NCBI GenBank assembly: GCA_008080745.1 | Contig: SHMX01000003.1 | Location: 270,001 to 302,000, forward strand | Direction of reading: 5' to 3' | DNA from: Candidatus Thorarchaeota archaeon | GTDB lineage: Archaea > Asgardarchaeota > Thorarchaeia > Thorarchaeales > Thorarchaeaceae | DNA: 32,000 bases | Shown here: positions 9,151 through 18,431 of the stretch, in pieces | Layout: each line of letters starts with the position of its first letter | Position numbering within the stretch: position 1 is the first letter of the stretch | Translations under genes and position numbers: made by a program | The notes under the pieces: model-generated | Told to the model about the DNA's origin: nothing | Database searches by the model: none | The model's input: the letters and a program-made list of their open reading frames with translations, nothing else

Positions 9151-11838
9151 TTACTTCTCTATGATTGTTAATCTATAAATTAGACAAAATACTAGCAAAA
9201 TAATTCCAAAAGTAAAACCAATTATCAAGATCGGATAATAATGGCATAACAGGTCATTTACAAGTGGATTGCATCCGAACTCAATCTCATCATAATCGTT
9301 CCATCCATCTTCATCTGAATCAGCCAGATCGGGATATGTTCCATATCGCCATTCTTCAAGATTCGTCAATCCATCCGAATCAAGATCCTGTTCAGAGTCA
9401 TCAATGAGAGGATCGAGTCCAAAATTTACCTCCCAGCCGTCTGGGCACAAATCAAAATCAGAGTCATTCAAATGGGGGTTAGTGTTGACAATATATTCCT
9501 CATAGTTTGTCAATTCATCATTATCAAAGTCATCTGATCCATCAGTGAAATTCAGAGGGTTGAGACCGTTCATAATTTCCCATAGATCGGGGCACAAATC
9601 ATAGTCAGAATCATTAGATTGAGGGTCTGTGTAGTTGCCATATTCAAAAATATTCGGAATGTTGTCTCCGTCTGGGTCATCAAAAGAATCATTGACCCCG
9701 ACCAATAGGTTATTTTCCTCCTCCCATGTATCAGCCATGAAGTCATTATCAGAATCAATGGTATTGTAGAATCTTGAAACAAATATATCGGTTCCCCAAC
9801 CAATTTCAGGCAATGAATTGAATGAATAGTCAAAAGCATTGACTGTATCAAAATCGATAGATGATGTAACTCCAGTTATGTAAATTGTCCCAGCCCTGTC
9901 AACAACGATAGAAACTGCAAAATCAATATCACTTCCCCCCAGATAACCACTAGCTAGAAGGGATTTTCCATCACCACTAATTTGAAAGATTATACAATCT
10001 GTCAATCCATCATATACTTCACCTATTAAGGGGGTTGTAGGAAAATCATGGGACACGGAATGACCACAAACAAAAATATCCCCATCATAAGTGGTCAAAT
10101 CCTCTATCTTGTCATTATCAGAACCACCTATGTATGATAGAAACATCTTGGAATAGTACCCATTCATTTTCAGAATAAAACAGTCTTTTTTTCCATTGTA
10201 AGAAGAGCCATAACCACCAGCAACTGGCAGGTCATCCGACATGGTATACCCTCCCAAGATTACATTCCGATCTGAATCAATGGTAATTGCGTCTCCAGAA
10301 TCTCTAGACGTTCCACCCACGTAAGTTGCCATCCTGAGTGTAGCTCCATCGGGAGAAAAACTTGCAATGAAAGCATCGCCTTCACCATTGTACGTATTGT
10401 CTATTCCGAGGGCCATGGGTAAATCTACCGATGTAGTAAATCCGCAAATCGTAACTTGATTATTAGAATCCAGTGCTATAGCATTGGATTGATCTATACC
10501 AGAACCCCCAAAGAAGGTGCTAAACAGGAGATACTGGCCTGATGAATGAAACTTGGTTACAAAACAGCTGCCACTCGAATCAATCGATGAGCTATAACCC
10601 TTGTTTACGGGGAAATCTGATGATGAGGTGAATCCTGTTATATACACATTATTTTGCTCATCTACCACGATGTCATTAGGCCAATCAACATCACTCCCAC
10701 CCAGGTACGTTGAGTATACTAAACCGTTACCAGTGGCATTTATCTTCATCAAAAATCCATCCAGCTCCCCTCCGCTATGGATATTATTGTATGAATTTAC
10801 CATAGGAAGATCTACTGCCTCTGTAAAACCAGTGATGTAAGCATTACCAGATGAATCAACAGCAACAGCAGTTCCAATGTCATCAGATAAACCGTTGAAA
10901 CCAGCTCCCCCTGTGATGTAAGTAGAATATTCTATCCTATTGCCATCCGGATGCAGTTTGAATAAGAAGCAATCATAGTGAAATCCAACATATTTTCCTA
11001 TGAAGGGGTTCTGTATCGGAAAATCATAGCTCCAAGTAAGTCCAGTAACGTAAGCATATCCCTCTTCATCGATAGTCATTCCATTTGCTTCGTCTTGCTC
11101 ATCTCCACCTACAAATGTCGAATAAATCAAAGGGTCAATGATTAGATTTGAAGAGGTGTCGTATTCATCAATGGCAAACCCATATGTATCATCAGAAAGC
11201 TGAATGTAATTACCTGAAATTTGGTTCATACCCTGATGGATATAGAGACCCTCATCAATGATTGATATTGAATCGTATCGCATCTTTACACCACCCCCAG
11301 TACATTCAACTATCTCTTGATCTTCACATTTTAATTGGATATCAGATGGATTAGCTCCAGGTTCAACAAGAAATGAGTATTTTACCCCATCAGAATTTGG
11401 CTCAAAAATGAGATCGATACCAGCCCAGAGATTATTGTAAAAGAGCTTTTTTAATGATGGAATATTATATGTTTCAATGCGGTTTTTTGAAATATAGGTA
11501 GTTTTGATTGTGTCCGAGTCTACCATTGTAGGAAATACTGTATTGGAATTTAAAAACGAAAGGCGAAAATCTTGGTTCATGTCAATACTTCTAATTCGGA
11601 TACAACTAGATTCGAATCCAATTATGCCACCAGGTATCCTCAGGGTATAAAGAATCTCATCATTTTGTATTTGACCAACATTTTTGGTAAAACTCTTTGA
11701 TGATTGGAAATCATAAGATTGAGTTATTTCATTAGTAGGATGTAAATTGGTAGAGATTATAGATGCATACGAGACCGTTGGAGAAAAAAGTAGACAAATA
11801 ATTAGTAAGGATAAAAGAAGTGGTGTTTTCCAACGCAT
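9151..11838 (-). CDS. Secreted, membrane-anchored SBBP beta-propeller repeat protein with Asp-rich Ca-binding repeats
   Basis: Signal peptide; FTKNVGQ and YNNLWAGIDL N-terminal domain; IIDPLIYSTFVGG and about 7 repeats of 'STYLGGS..D....I.VD..GN.Y.TG.T.S.DF'; DxDxD repeats; C-terminal TM helix followed by a basic residue. Confidence 0.85.
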   Translation of the reverse strand: MRWKTPLLLSLLIICLLFSPTVSYASIISTNLHPTNEITQSYDFQSSKSFTKNVGQIQNDEILYTLRIPGGIIGFESSCIRIRSIDMNQDFRLSFLNSNTVFPTMVDSDTIKTTYISKNRIETYNIPSLKKLFYNNLWAGIDLIFEPNSDGVKYSFLVEPGANPSDIQLKCEDQEIVECTGGGVKMRYDSISIIDEGLYIHQGMNQISGNYIQLSDDTYGFAIDEYDTSSNLIIDPLIYSTFVGGDEQDEANGMTIDEEGYAYVTGLTWSYDFPIQNPFIGKYVGFHYDCFLFKLHPDGNRIEYSTYITGGAGFNGLSDDIGTAVAVDSSGNAYITGFTEAVDLPMVNSYNNIHSGGELDGFLMKINATGNGLVYSTYLGGSDVDWPNDIVVDEQNNVYITGFTSSSDFPVNKGYSSSIDSSGSCFVTKFHSSGQYLLFSTFFGGSGIDQSNAIALDSNNQVTICGFTTSVDLPMALGIDNTYNGEGDAFIASFSPDGATLRMATYVGGTSRDSGDAITIDSDRNVILGGYTMSDDLPVAGGYGSSYNGKKDCFILKMNGYYSKMFLSYIGGSDNDKIEDLTTYDGDIFVCGHSVSHDFPTTPLIGEVYDGLTDCIIFQISGDGKSLLASGYLGGSDIDFAVSIVVDRAGTIYITGVTSSIDFDTVNAFDYSFNSLPEIGWGTDIFVSRFYNTIDSDNDFMADTWEEENNLLVGVNDSFDDPDGDNIPNIFEYGNYTDPQSNDSDYDLCPDLWEIMNGLNPLNFTDGSDDFDNDELTNYEEYIVNTNPHLNDSDFDLCPDGWEVNFGLDPLIDDSEQDLDSDGLTNLEEWRYGTYPDLADSDEDGWNDYDEIEFGCNPLVNDLLCHYYPILIIGFTFGIILLVFCLIYRLTIIEK
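9262..9756 (-). repeat. Protein-level tandem DxDxDxxxDxxE (thrombospondin type-3-like) Ca-binding repeats
   Basis: DSDNDFMADTWE, DPDGDNIPNIFE, DSDYDLCPDLWE, DFDNDELTNYEE, DSDFDLCPDGWE, DLDSDGLTNLEE, DSDEDGWNDYDE: 7 units alternating two subtypes. Confidence 0.8.
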
Positions 11839-11965
11839 TGCATCATCTCCAAGACAGAATTCTCACTCTATCAAAGATTAATGGAGAATATATAGAATCT
11901 CTGAATTGAGTATTAATTTTCGAAAAAAGAAAGGTAAAGAGGTGAATATTCACCTCACTAGGATA

Positions 11966-14065
11966 TTAAGCGGCTTTAGAACCGGGTGGAACACCTTCGA
12001 TTGTGACGGGAAGCCATTTGCCTTTCTCATCAGCTTTTTCAACAGCAATGATCATTCCCTGGCTCTGCACACCAGCCAATTTTTTGGGTTCTAGATTTAC
12101 CAAAAATAGTGCTGTTACTCCAGTCAATTCTTCAGGTTTGTATAGTTCCGCAAGACCGGTCACAATTTGTCTGGTCTCGGTTCCGATATCAACCTCTAGC
12201 CTTAGCAGCTTGTCAGTATTTGGAACGCGTTCACAAGTCAAAATCTTACCCGCTCGAATATCGAGTTTCTTAAAGTCTTCAAAGGACACATTAGGCATTT
12301 CAATCGATTCTCCTTTCTCAGCAGCCTCAGCAGACCTAATTCGAGTCTCAATTGACTCCTTAAGCTCTGCTAAAACTTCATCTTCTAACTTTTGGATAAC
12401 TGGCATAGGTTTAGGTATCTCGGTTCCGGCTACTGGAGGATTGGTTGCCTCCGATAATGGAATGGTGTGAATATCAGTATTCTCACCCAGCTGTTTCCAT
12501 ATCCGTTCAGCTACAGACGGCATGATTGGGTCAATCAATATCGTGAGAGCTTTCACAAGATAGACAGCATTGAATAGAACATGAGCACACTTCTCTTTGT
12601 CAGAACGTATTAATTCCCAAGGCCTGTTTTCCTGAAAATACTCGTTTCCAAGAGTGGCAAGAGATAGAATCGTATCTGTCACTTTCTTGAGTTCATACTC
12701 ATTTACTCCCTCGATTACCGACTCGATGGCATTTTCAATCTGTTTTGTGATATTGGGGTCGGGTGTTCCTTCAGGAATATTGCCAAAGTTCTTCTTGGAA
12801 AAATGAAGTGCCCTATAGACGAAATTTCCAAATGTTCCAACTAACTCATTGTTGACCTTATCACGAAATGTATCCCAACTGAAGTCCAAGTCTTTGGTCT
12901 GACTGGTATAGCATACCATGTAGTATCGGAGGTAATCAGGATGAAGACCCTTGTCAAGATAGTCATCCAGAATCCATACCACATAACCACGACTACGACT
13001 AAAGTTATGCCCCTCAATCTTAACCATTCCTGAAGCCACAATGGCATAAGGAAGATTGTAATCACTTCCCTTTAGCATTGCAGGCCAGAATATACAGTGA
13101 TGATACACAATATCTTGTCCGATATAATGAACAAGTCGTCCATCACCGGGTTTCCAAAACTTCTCCCATGCATCGGGTTCACCAATTTTCTGTGACCATT
13201 GTTCGGTACTTGACATATAGTGTATAGGTGCATCTACCCAGACATAGAGAGTTAGATCATCATCACCAGGGTATTCAACTCCCCAGTCGAGATCACGGGT
13301 TATGCACCAATCTTTCAGACCCTCTTTGACCCATCCAAGAGCATAATTCCGGGCGTTCTTAGTCCCATCAACTTCAGTCAGATATCCTTTGAGAAAATCC
13401 TCAAATGCACTTAGTTTGAAGTAGTAGTGCTTTCTGGTTACAGAACGTGTAGGCGAACCACATATGGCACAACGAGGCATAAGGAGTTCTCCAGGCTCCA
13501 GATATCTGCCACATCCTTGATCGCACTCATCACCTCTCGCATCTGCATGACAGTAAGGACATTCTCCACGTACATAACGATCGGGTAATGACCTTCCACA
13601 ACTATCACAATAGGGCGAATCCAGATCTTTAGGATAGACGTAACCTTTCTCCTGAAGAACGCCTACGATTTGTTTCGTTCGTTCATGATTCTCTGGGTCA
13701 TCTGTGGTGCCATAGTTATCAAATAGAATATTGAGTTTTGGAAAGGTCTCAACATAATGTTGATGAAATTTCTTATACAATTCTTCTGGACTGACGCCAG
13801 CCTTCTCAGCTGCTGTAACAATGGGAGTACCATGTGTATCCGAGCCGCATACGAAAGTGACGTCCACTCGCATTTTCCGAAGGAGTCTGACGAATACATC
13901 TGCTGGAACGTAGGTCCGCAGATGGCCAATATGCATGGGTCCACTAGCATATGGTAGTCCACATGTTACTAGAACGGGTGCGTCGGTAGGATAATTTCTT
14001 TTATTTCCGCTAAACTTAGTCACACTCCTTGAAGATATCTGTACGGGATTAGAAAGAGAAACCAC
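11966..14065 (-). CDS. metG: Methionyl-tRNA synthetase with C-terminal tRNA-binding (EMAP/Trbp111-like) domain
   Basis: TCGLPY..GPMHIGH (HIGH motif), CGSDTHG, two Zn knuckles (CDSC/CPYC and CDQGC/CAIC), WCITRDLDWG, YVWVDAPI, KMSKS-equivalent NFSRS, and C-terminal FEDFKKLDIRAGKI...RQIVTG...SQGM. The exact start is uncertain (GTG 14065 or 14023). Confidence 0.97.
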   Translation of the reverse strand: MVSLSNPVQISSRSVTKFSGNKRNYPTDAPVLVTCGLPYASGPMHIGHLRTYVPADVFVRLLRKMRVDVTFVCGSDTHGTPIVTAAEKAGVSPEELYKKFHQHYVETFPKLNILFDNYGTTDDPENHERTKQIVGVLQEKGYVYPKDLDSPYCDSCGRSLPDRYVRGECPYCHADARGDECDQGCGRYLEPGELLMPRCAICGSPTRSVTRKHYYFKLSAFEDFLKGYLTEVDGTKNARNYALGWVKEGLKDWCITRDLDWGVEYPGDDDLTLYVWVDAPIHYMSSTEQWSQKIGEPDAWEKFWKPGDGRLVHYIGQDIVYHHCIFWPAMLKGSDYNLPYAIVASGMVKIEGHNFSRSRGYVVWILDDYLDKGLHPDYLRYYMVCYTSQTKDLDFSWDTFRDKVNNELVGTFGNFVYRALHFSKKNFGNIPEGTPDPNITKQIENAIESVIEGVNEYELKKVTDTILSLATLGNEYFQENRPWELIRSDKEKCAHVLFNAVYLVKALTILIDPIMPSVAERIWKQLGENTDIHTIPLSEATNPPVAGTEIPKPMPVIQKLEDEVLAELKESIETRIRSAEAAEKGESIEMPNVSFEDFKKLDIRAGKILTCERVPNTDKLLRLEVDIGTETRQIVTGLAELYKPEELTGVTALFLVNLEPKKLAGVQSQGMIIAVEKADEKGKWLPVTIEGVPPGSKAA

Positions 14066-14372
14066 TTATTCAGTCTGTCAATGTTCTCAAATTCAGCAAC
14101 AGATAAAATATTGCTTAGGTTCTCTCGGTTGATTTCTTGATGTGAAGTGGTTATGTGTTCTATGAGTTCTTGTTCCCGCCTTAGAATAGTATGCGTTTCG
14201 AGTAATTATACAGATATAACTCTAACGATAGATAGTATACAACATGTAAAAACACCACGAATTATTGCATCTAAAGAACTTGAAAACTGGATTTGAGAAC
14301 GAACGCGTACAAGTAATAGATATAGGTCACCATTTCAATCATATATTTTGTTCCGGGTTGATGAGGATGGCA

Positions 14373-15692
14373 ATGGATAAAAAAATATCACTACTTGGAA
14401 TCATTGGTATCGGTCTAGGTACCGTGATTGGTTCCGGCATATGGAAGGATTCACTCCTATGGGCGGATTCCGCAAGCATATTCAGCATTCCTGCGGTATT
14501 TCTAGCATGGTTGCTTATGTTTTGTGCGGGGCTGGCTTATGCGGAAAGCGTAAGTATGTTTCCACAGGGCGGTGGTCCGTATAGCTATGTCGGTGGAGCT
14601 TTTGGAAGAAATGCAGGTTCCTTTGTGGGAATCATGTATCTAATTGCATATTACATAATAGGCTCAGTATTGTGTTTTCTTACAGCACTGTTCGGACTGG
14701 CTGCAATAGATCTGGCGTTACTAAATAATAGTCTGCTATTAACGTTGGTCACAATAATCATATTTGTAATCATGACAATTCTTCCAAACATATCAAGTTA
14801 CAAGAACTTTGGAATTGTAGCTTTCGTTTGGTCAATCGCAAAAATTGTACTTGTTGTTGGTGTCTTTTCATTCCTAATTTTCAGTTGGTCTCCGACTGTA
14901 ATTAGCATTCCAGATCTGGCAGGATTCCAGAATGCCATTAACTCCAGCATTTGGGCACTGCTTGGCTTTGAGGTCATGCTGGTCTTTGCGGGTGAAACTG
15001 AAGAAGCAGAAAAAACACTCCCTAAAGCTATAACTATTGCTTTACCAATATTCTTGATTCTATACATTTTAGTTTCAGCTCTGGCATCAGGGATAATTCC
15101 AATGGGTTCACTACCCGAGGGTATAGGATCAGTTGGGTTATTGATTCTACTAGCAACCAGCACGGGGATTCCAGCCTCAACAGTTTTCGCCTTTGGTGCA
15201 ATATCTGCAGGTGGTACAGCGTATATCATGTTAGCAATGTGTACTAAGCAGACACGAATCCTAGCAAATGATGAGGTGTTACCCAAGAAACTTGCTGGAA
15301 AGGAAACTGGATTTGACCTGTCCGTAGTTATGACCATGTTAGTTGGTGGAGCAATTGCAGGAATTATGGTAGGTACTAATCCCATATGGGCAGACTCAAT
15401 TGATGTCTTTGCAACAGTTGGAGTAGCACTAGTATTGATATCAGCAATGCTCCCGGCCGGGCTTACAGCTTTAGTTCTTCGAAGAAGGCTCCCTGCACTG
15501 GATAGACCATTCAAAACACCATTATATCAGGTGGTATTCAGTTTGGCTATCCTATTGAGCATATATTTGGTAGCACTAAACTTTTCAAACCCTGCTTGGT
15601 TCTTACCATCGATTATCATCTTTGCGATAGTATTAGTAGTTAGTGCGGTCCTAGTCTTTGCAAAGAAGAAAACAGAGGAATCCATGGCATAA
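14373..15692 (+). CDS. APC family amino acid permease
   Basis: GTVIGSGIW (TM1 GSG motif), AYAESVSMFPQGGGPYSY, ALLGFE, GETEEAEKTLPKAI, RPFKTP; about 12 TM. GAGG site before ATG 14373; the track extends it to 14265. Confidence 0.9.
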   Translation: MDKKISLLGIIGIGLGTVIGSGIWKDSLLWADSASIFSIPAVFLAWLLMFCAGLAYAESVSMFPQGGGPYSYVGGAFGRNAGSFVGIMYLIAYYIIGSVLCFLTALFGLAAIDLALLNNSLLLTLVTIIIFVIMTILPNISSYKNFGIVAFVWSIAKIVLVVGVFSFLIFSWSPTVISIPDLAGFQNAINSSIWALLGFEVMLVFAGETEEAEKTLPKAITIALPIFLILYILVSALASGIIPMGSLPEGIGSVGLLILLATSTGIPASTVFAFGAISAGGTAYIMLAMCTKQTRILANDEVLPKKLAGKETGFDLSVVMTMLVGGAIAGIMVGTNPIWADSIDVFATVGVALVLISAMLPAGLTALVLRRRLPALDRPFKTPLYQVVFSLAILLSIYLVALNFSNPAWFLPSIIIFAIVLVVSAVLVFAKKKTEESMA

Positions 15693-15717
15693 TACAAATT
15701 CCAAATAGTACAAAAGG

Positions 15718-15752
15718 ATGACAAGCAGATTTTTACGTCTTCTGCTTGTCAT
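15718..15752 (+). terminator. Perfect 12-bp hairpin downstream of the permease
   Basis: ATGACAAGCAGA (15718-15729) and TCTGCTTGTCAT (15741-15752) with an 11-nt loop, followed by TTATT. Confidence 0.55.
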
Positions 15753-15776
15753 TTATTCTAGTAAGAGGTAACATGC

Positions 15777-16439
15777 ATGCCCAAAATAACGATAAAATGT
15801 GTTTGTGGTGAAATTTTTCAACCAGACATCGATTTAGAGAGATATAAAGAGGAGCTAAGTCGAACAGGATTGATTCCACTACTAGTTTCTCACAAGGACC
15901 ATTTTGTTACGGTTTACCTTGATAAAAATGGATCAGTTCGGGGAGTTGAGAGAATAATTCTAGTTGAAGATGATACTACTACACAAGTCGCATCTGAAGA
16001 ATTCGACATCCAATCGATTCAAAAGACTGTCTTGGACTTGGCTAAGGATGTAGACCCTTCAGAGGAGTACGAAAAATATGTTTCCATTCTACTCTTCAAA
16101 ATTAAACAACCTGAAGCCCTTTTTGTTGCAGGAGAGATAATAGGTCGTAGAATGTGGATGAAATGGAGAGAGGCAATACTGAGGTTAGGTGCCAAATATG
16201 TGCCCAAACTCGATTTGATCATCAAGACCGAGCTCAAGCCCCTTTTGGATAAAGTCGGAACTGCTAATCTACATGGTAACAATGAAGTTCTCATTACTAA
16301 TTGTACAGCACCACAGTTCGTGGTTGGTCTTGCACAAGGGGTACTAAATGCTATCTCCGCTGCTGCCAAGTCAGATATTAGAATAAAAATCGAGTATTCG
16401 ATTGAAGCAAATAATGTCATGCTAACTGTTGTGACTTGA
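15777..16439 (+). CDS. Two-domain protein: N-terminal CxC/HxxH putative Zn site plus C-terminal V4R/Bet3-like domain
   Basis: KCVCGE...VSHKDHFVTVYLDKNGSVRGVE. The C-terminal LFVAGEIIGRRM...VLITNC...FVVGLAQGVLNAI matches the helix-G..iG / strand / F..G...G.L pattern of V4R/HNOX/Bet3 folds. Confidence 0.55.
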   Translation: MPKITIKCVCGEIFQPDIDLERYKEELSRTGLIPLLVSHKDHFVTVYLDKNGSVRGVERIILVEDDTTTQVASEEFDIQSIQKTVLDLAKDVDPSEEYEKYVSILLFKIKQPEALFVAGEIIGRRMWMKWREAILRLGAKYVPKLDLIIKTELKPLLDKVGTANLHGNNEVLITNCTAPQFVVGLAQGVLNAISAAAKSDIRIKIEYSIEANNVMLTVVT

Positions 16440-16593
16440 TATTAGACGATTCGGACAAAGGTTAACCAAGCAAATCTTGATACCATGTATTCTAAGAGTA
16501 TAGTATACAGAGTACGGCTCTATTATTTTCTAGCAATCTGGAATATAATAAGTGAATTAAATAGGGCAAAGTTATCTCAACAGCAAGATTCTG

Positions 16594-18336
16594 ATGGCAT
16601 TTGCAGAAGCAGTTACAACCGAGCGAGCCGAATACCTAATATACACGGTATTTCCTTTAGCGATTTCATTCTGGTTCATTTCTTCAATTGTGCAGAACCC
16701 ATTCGAATTCATAGCCTATGTCAGTGTATCCTCAAGTCTCCTAACTATATTCCTGTTCGAGCTCCGCTTAGATGACTCGCTCGTGAAATGGTTCTATAAC
16801 AGATTAACAGACACTCATAAGGAAGATTTTGGAAGATCGTTTGTCAGTTGGAATGTCTTTCTGAAAATCTGGCAAAACCCAGTTATAGAAGCTCCACAAA
16901 TGATGTCGGATGGAGGGAAAACAATCAATAGAGTAATTGCTGAGAGTACGCAAAGAGTGGTAGAGAGTTATGCTATCAGAAAACGACTCTGGTCGATTAG
17001 AGGGTCAATCTATCTGTTTCTCTCAATTCCTTTTCTCATATGGGTGGGTGTTCGATTTATCAAAGATACAAATATTGGATCTACAATCTCATTTCTATTC
17101 ATACCTACCATAATTGATACCGCTGGTTTGTTGATTCCAACCCTCTTGATTAGTACTGGTTTCTGGCTGATTCAGATTCTTTTCAATATGCATAGATACC
17201 GTTCCTTCCGAGAGGAGCTAAAAAATCTTGTAATTTTCAGATATGCGCAAAAACTCTTGGCAAATGATGCTCTTGAAAATCCTGAATGTTATGTGGACAA
17301 TCAAGACCTTGAAAGAATCAACCTTCAACAAGAATTAATTTTTCTTGATAGGGTAATCTCACGCGATGATTGGGCTGTGTTCATGGATAGATGGAGACCT
17401 GTTAGACAGAATGTTGAAAGACGAGGTAGAGTACGATTTCGAGAGAACATGATCGATGAGCTCTTTGCTAATTGGCTAGCCCATTGTGTTGTCAGTCAAG
17501 ATGGAAGGAGAAACAATAACCAGATACTGGAATCAGCCAGGGTTTTGGCAATGAATATCCATTACATTGGAGAGTTCTTGGAAAAGACCAATTCCATAAA
17601 ACTGGGCCATCACAGTCGCGCAGTTGCAGAGTTCACTATTGACCTCTATTATGATATTACAAACTTCGATCCCAAAAACAAAGAAACGAAAAAAGGGGTT
17701 CTAAAGCGAATTACTTCATTTATCAAGTATGATTACAAAGACTACGAATTTGCACCCATGACCATACGAATGCTCTTGAAAATGATGAATCCGGTATATC
17801 TGGCATCCAGAGCAACATCCAAACTGTTGAATGATACACCACGAGGAAATGAAGACCTTACGATGTCTTTTGGAAGATTTGTTTCTCAAAAAATGATACA
17901 ATATTTCATCGGACGAATACCGGAAACAAAATTGGAAGAGTTACAAGAGAACATCTCTAAGACTCATACAATTCGATGTAATGATTTTACAAACCTGACT
18001 GTTACCCTCGTCTCTCTAGCACAACAGGAAGGTGCAAAAACCGGTCTCTGGAAGAATTTGGACGGTTCAGAACAAATTGATACTTTAGAAACACTTCTCG
18101 ATTGGCTGACCAATCATGAAAAAGAACAAGGTGTCATTATTGAAAGTTTTCTGAGAGAAGCTGGGGTTAGAGCAAGAAAGGCATTTCTGAGGGACCCTGA
18201 TTGGTGGCCCGTCATTAGGAATACACAGCAGGAATTCATTGGTCGTATTCTAAGTGAGGATATTCAATATAGTTCGAAGGTTAGAAGAGAGTTCTTAGAC
18301 CTCCCATTCATAAAAGAAATCATGAAAGAAGAATAG
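16594..18336 (+). CDS. 580-aa protein of unknown function: about 4 N-terminal TM helices plus a large helical soluble region
   Basis: Long uninterrupted ORF with two pairs of hydrophobic segments (about aa 14-55 and 137-197). I recognise no catalytic motif. Confidence 0.75.
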   Translation: MAFAEAVTTERAEYLIYTVFPLAISFWFISSIVQNPFEFIAYVSVSSSLLTIFLFELRLDDSLVKWFYNRLTDTHKEDFGRSFVSWNVFLKIWQNPVIEAPQMMSDGGKTINRVIAESTQRVVESYAIRKRLWSIRGSIYLFLSIPFLIWVGVRFIKDTNIGSTISFLFIPTIIDTAGLLIPTLLISTGFWLIQILFNMHRYRSFREELKNLVIFRYAQKLLANDALENPECYVDNQDLERINLQQELIFLDRVISRDDWAVFMDRWRPVRQNVERRGRVRFRENMIDELFANWLAHCVVSQDGRRNNNQILESARVLAMNIHYIGEFLEKTNSIKLGHHSRAVAEFTIDLYYDITNFDPKNKETKKGVLKRITSFIKYDYKDYEFAPMTIRMLLKMMNPVYLASRATSKLLNDTPRGNEDLTMSFGRFVSQKMIQYFIGRIPETKLEELQENISKTHTIRCNDFTNLTVTLVSLAQQEGAKTGLWKNLDGSEQIDTLETLLDWLTNHEKEQGVIIESFLREAGVRARKAFLRDPDWWPVIRNTQQEFIGRILSEDIQYSSKVRREFLDLPFIKEIMKEE

Positions 18337-18345
18337 AAATTGGAC

Positions 18346-18356
18346 TTTTTTTGTTT
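18346..18356 (+). terminator. Archaeal-type oligo-T terminator of the 580-aa gene
   Basis: TTTTTTTGTTT starts 10 nt after the TAG at 18336. Confidence 0.55.
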
Positions 18357-18360
18357 AGTG

Positions 18361-18392
18361 AAAAAGGTGTGGGAGTCAAAGTAACTCCCACA
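18361..18392 (-). terminator. Hairpin plus T-run terminator of the minus-strand small ORF
   Basis: Minus strand: TGTGGGAGT-TACTTTG-ACTCCCACA (9-bp perfect stem) followed by CCTTTTT. Confidence 0.65.
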
Positions 18393-18393
18393 T

Positions 18394-18431
18394 TGTCTCA
18401 GAGCCGGGAGGGCATTCGGAGACAGCGAATG
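18394..18431 (-). ncRNA. Predicted H-type pseudoknot (cis-acting structured RNA element)
   Basis: Minus strand: CATTCG-C-TGTCTC-CGAATG-CCCTCCCGGCTCT-GAGACA. S1 is CATTCG/CGAATG and S2 is TGTCTC/GAGACA; the loops are 1, 0 and 13 nt. Confidence 0.5.

Noticed and set aside
14798-15514. 238-aa antisense ORF and the other shadow ORFs of the track (e.g. 6140-6496, 7313-7678, 12003-12470, 16019-16420, 18511-18762)
   Set aside because: They lie opposite or inside well-supported genes, have no motifs or ribosome-binding sites, and are expected by-products of codon bias.
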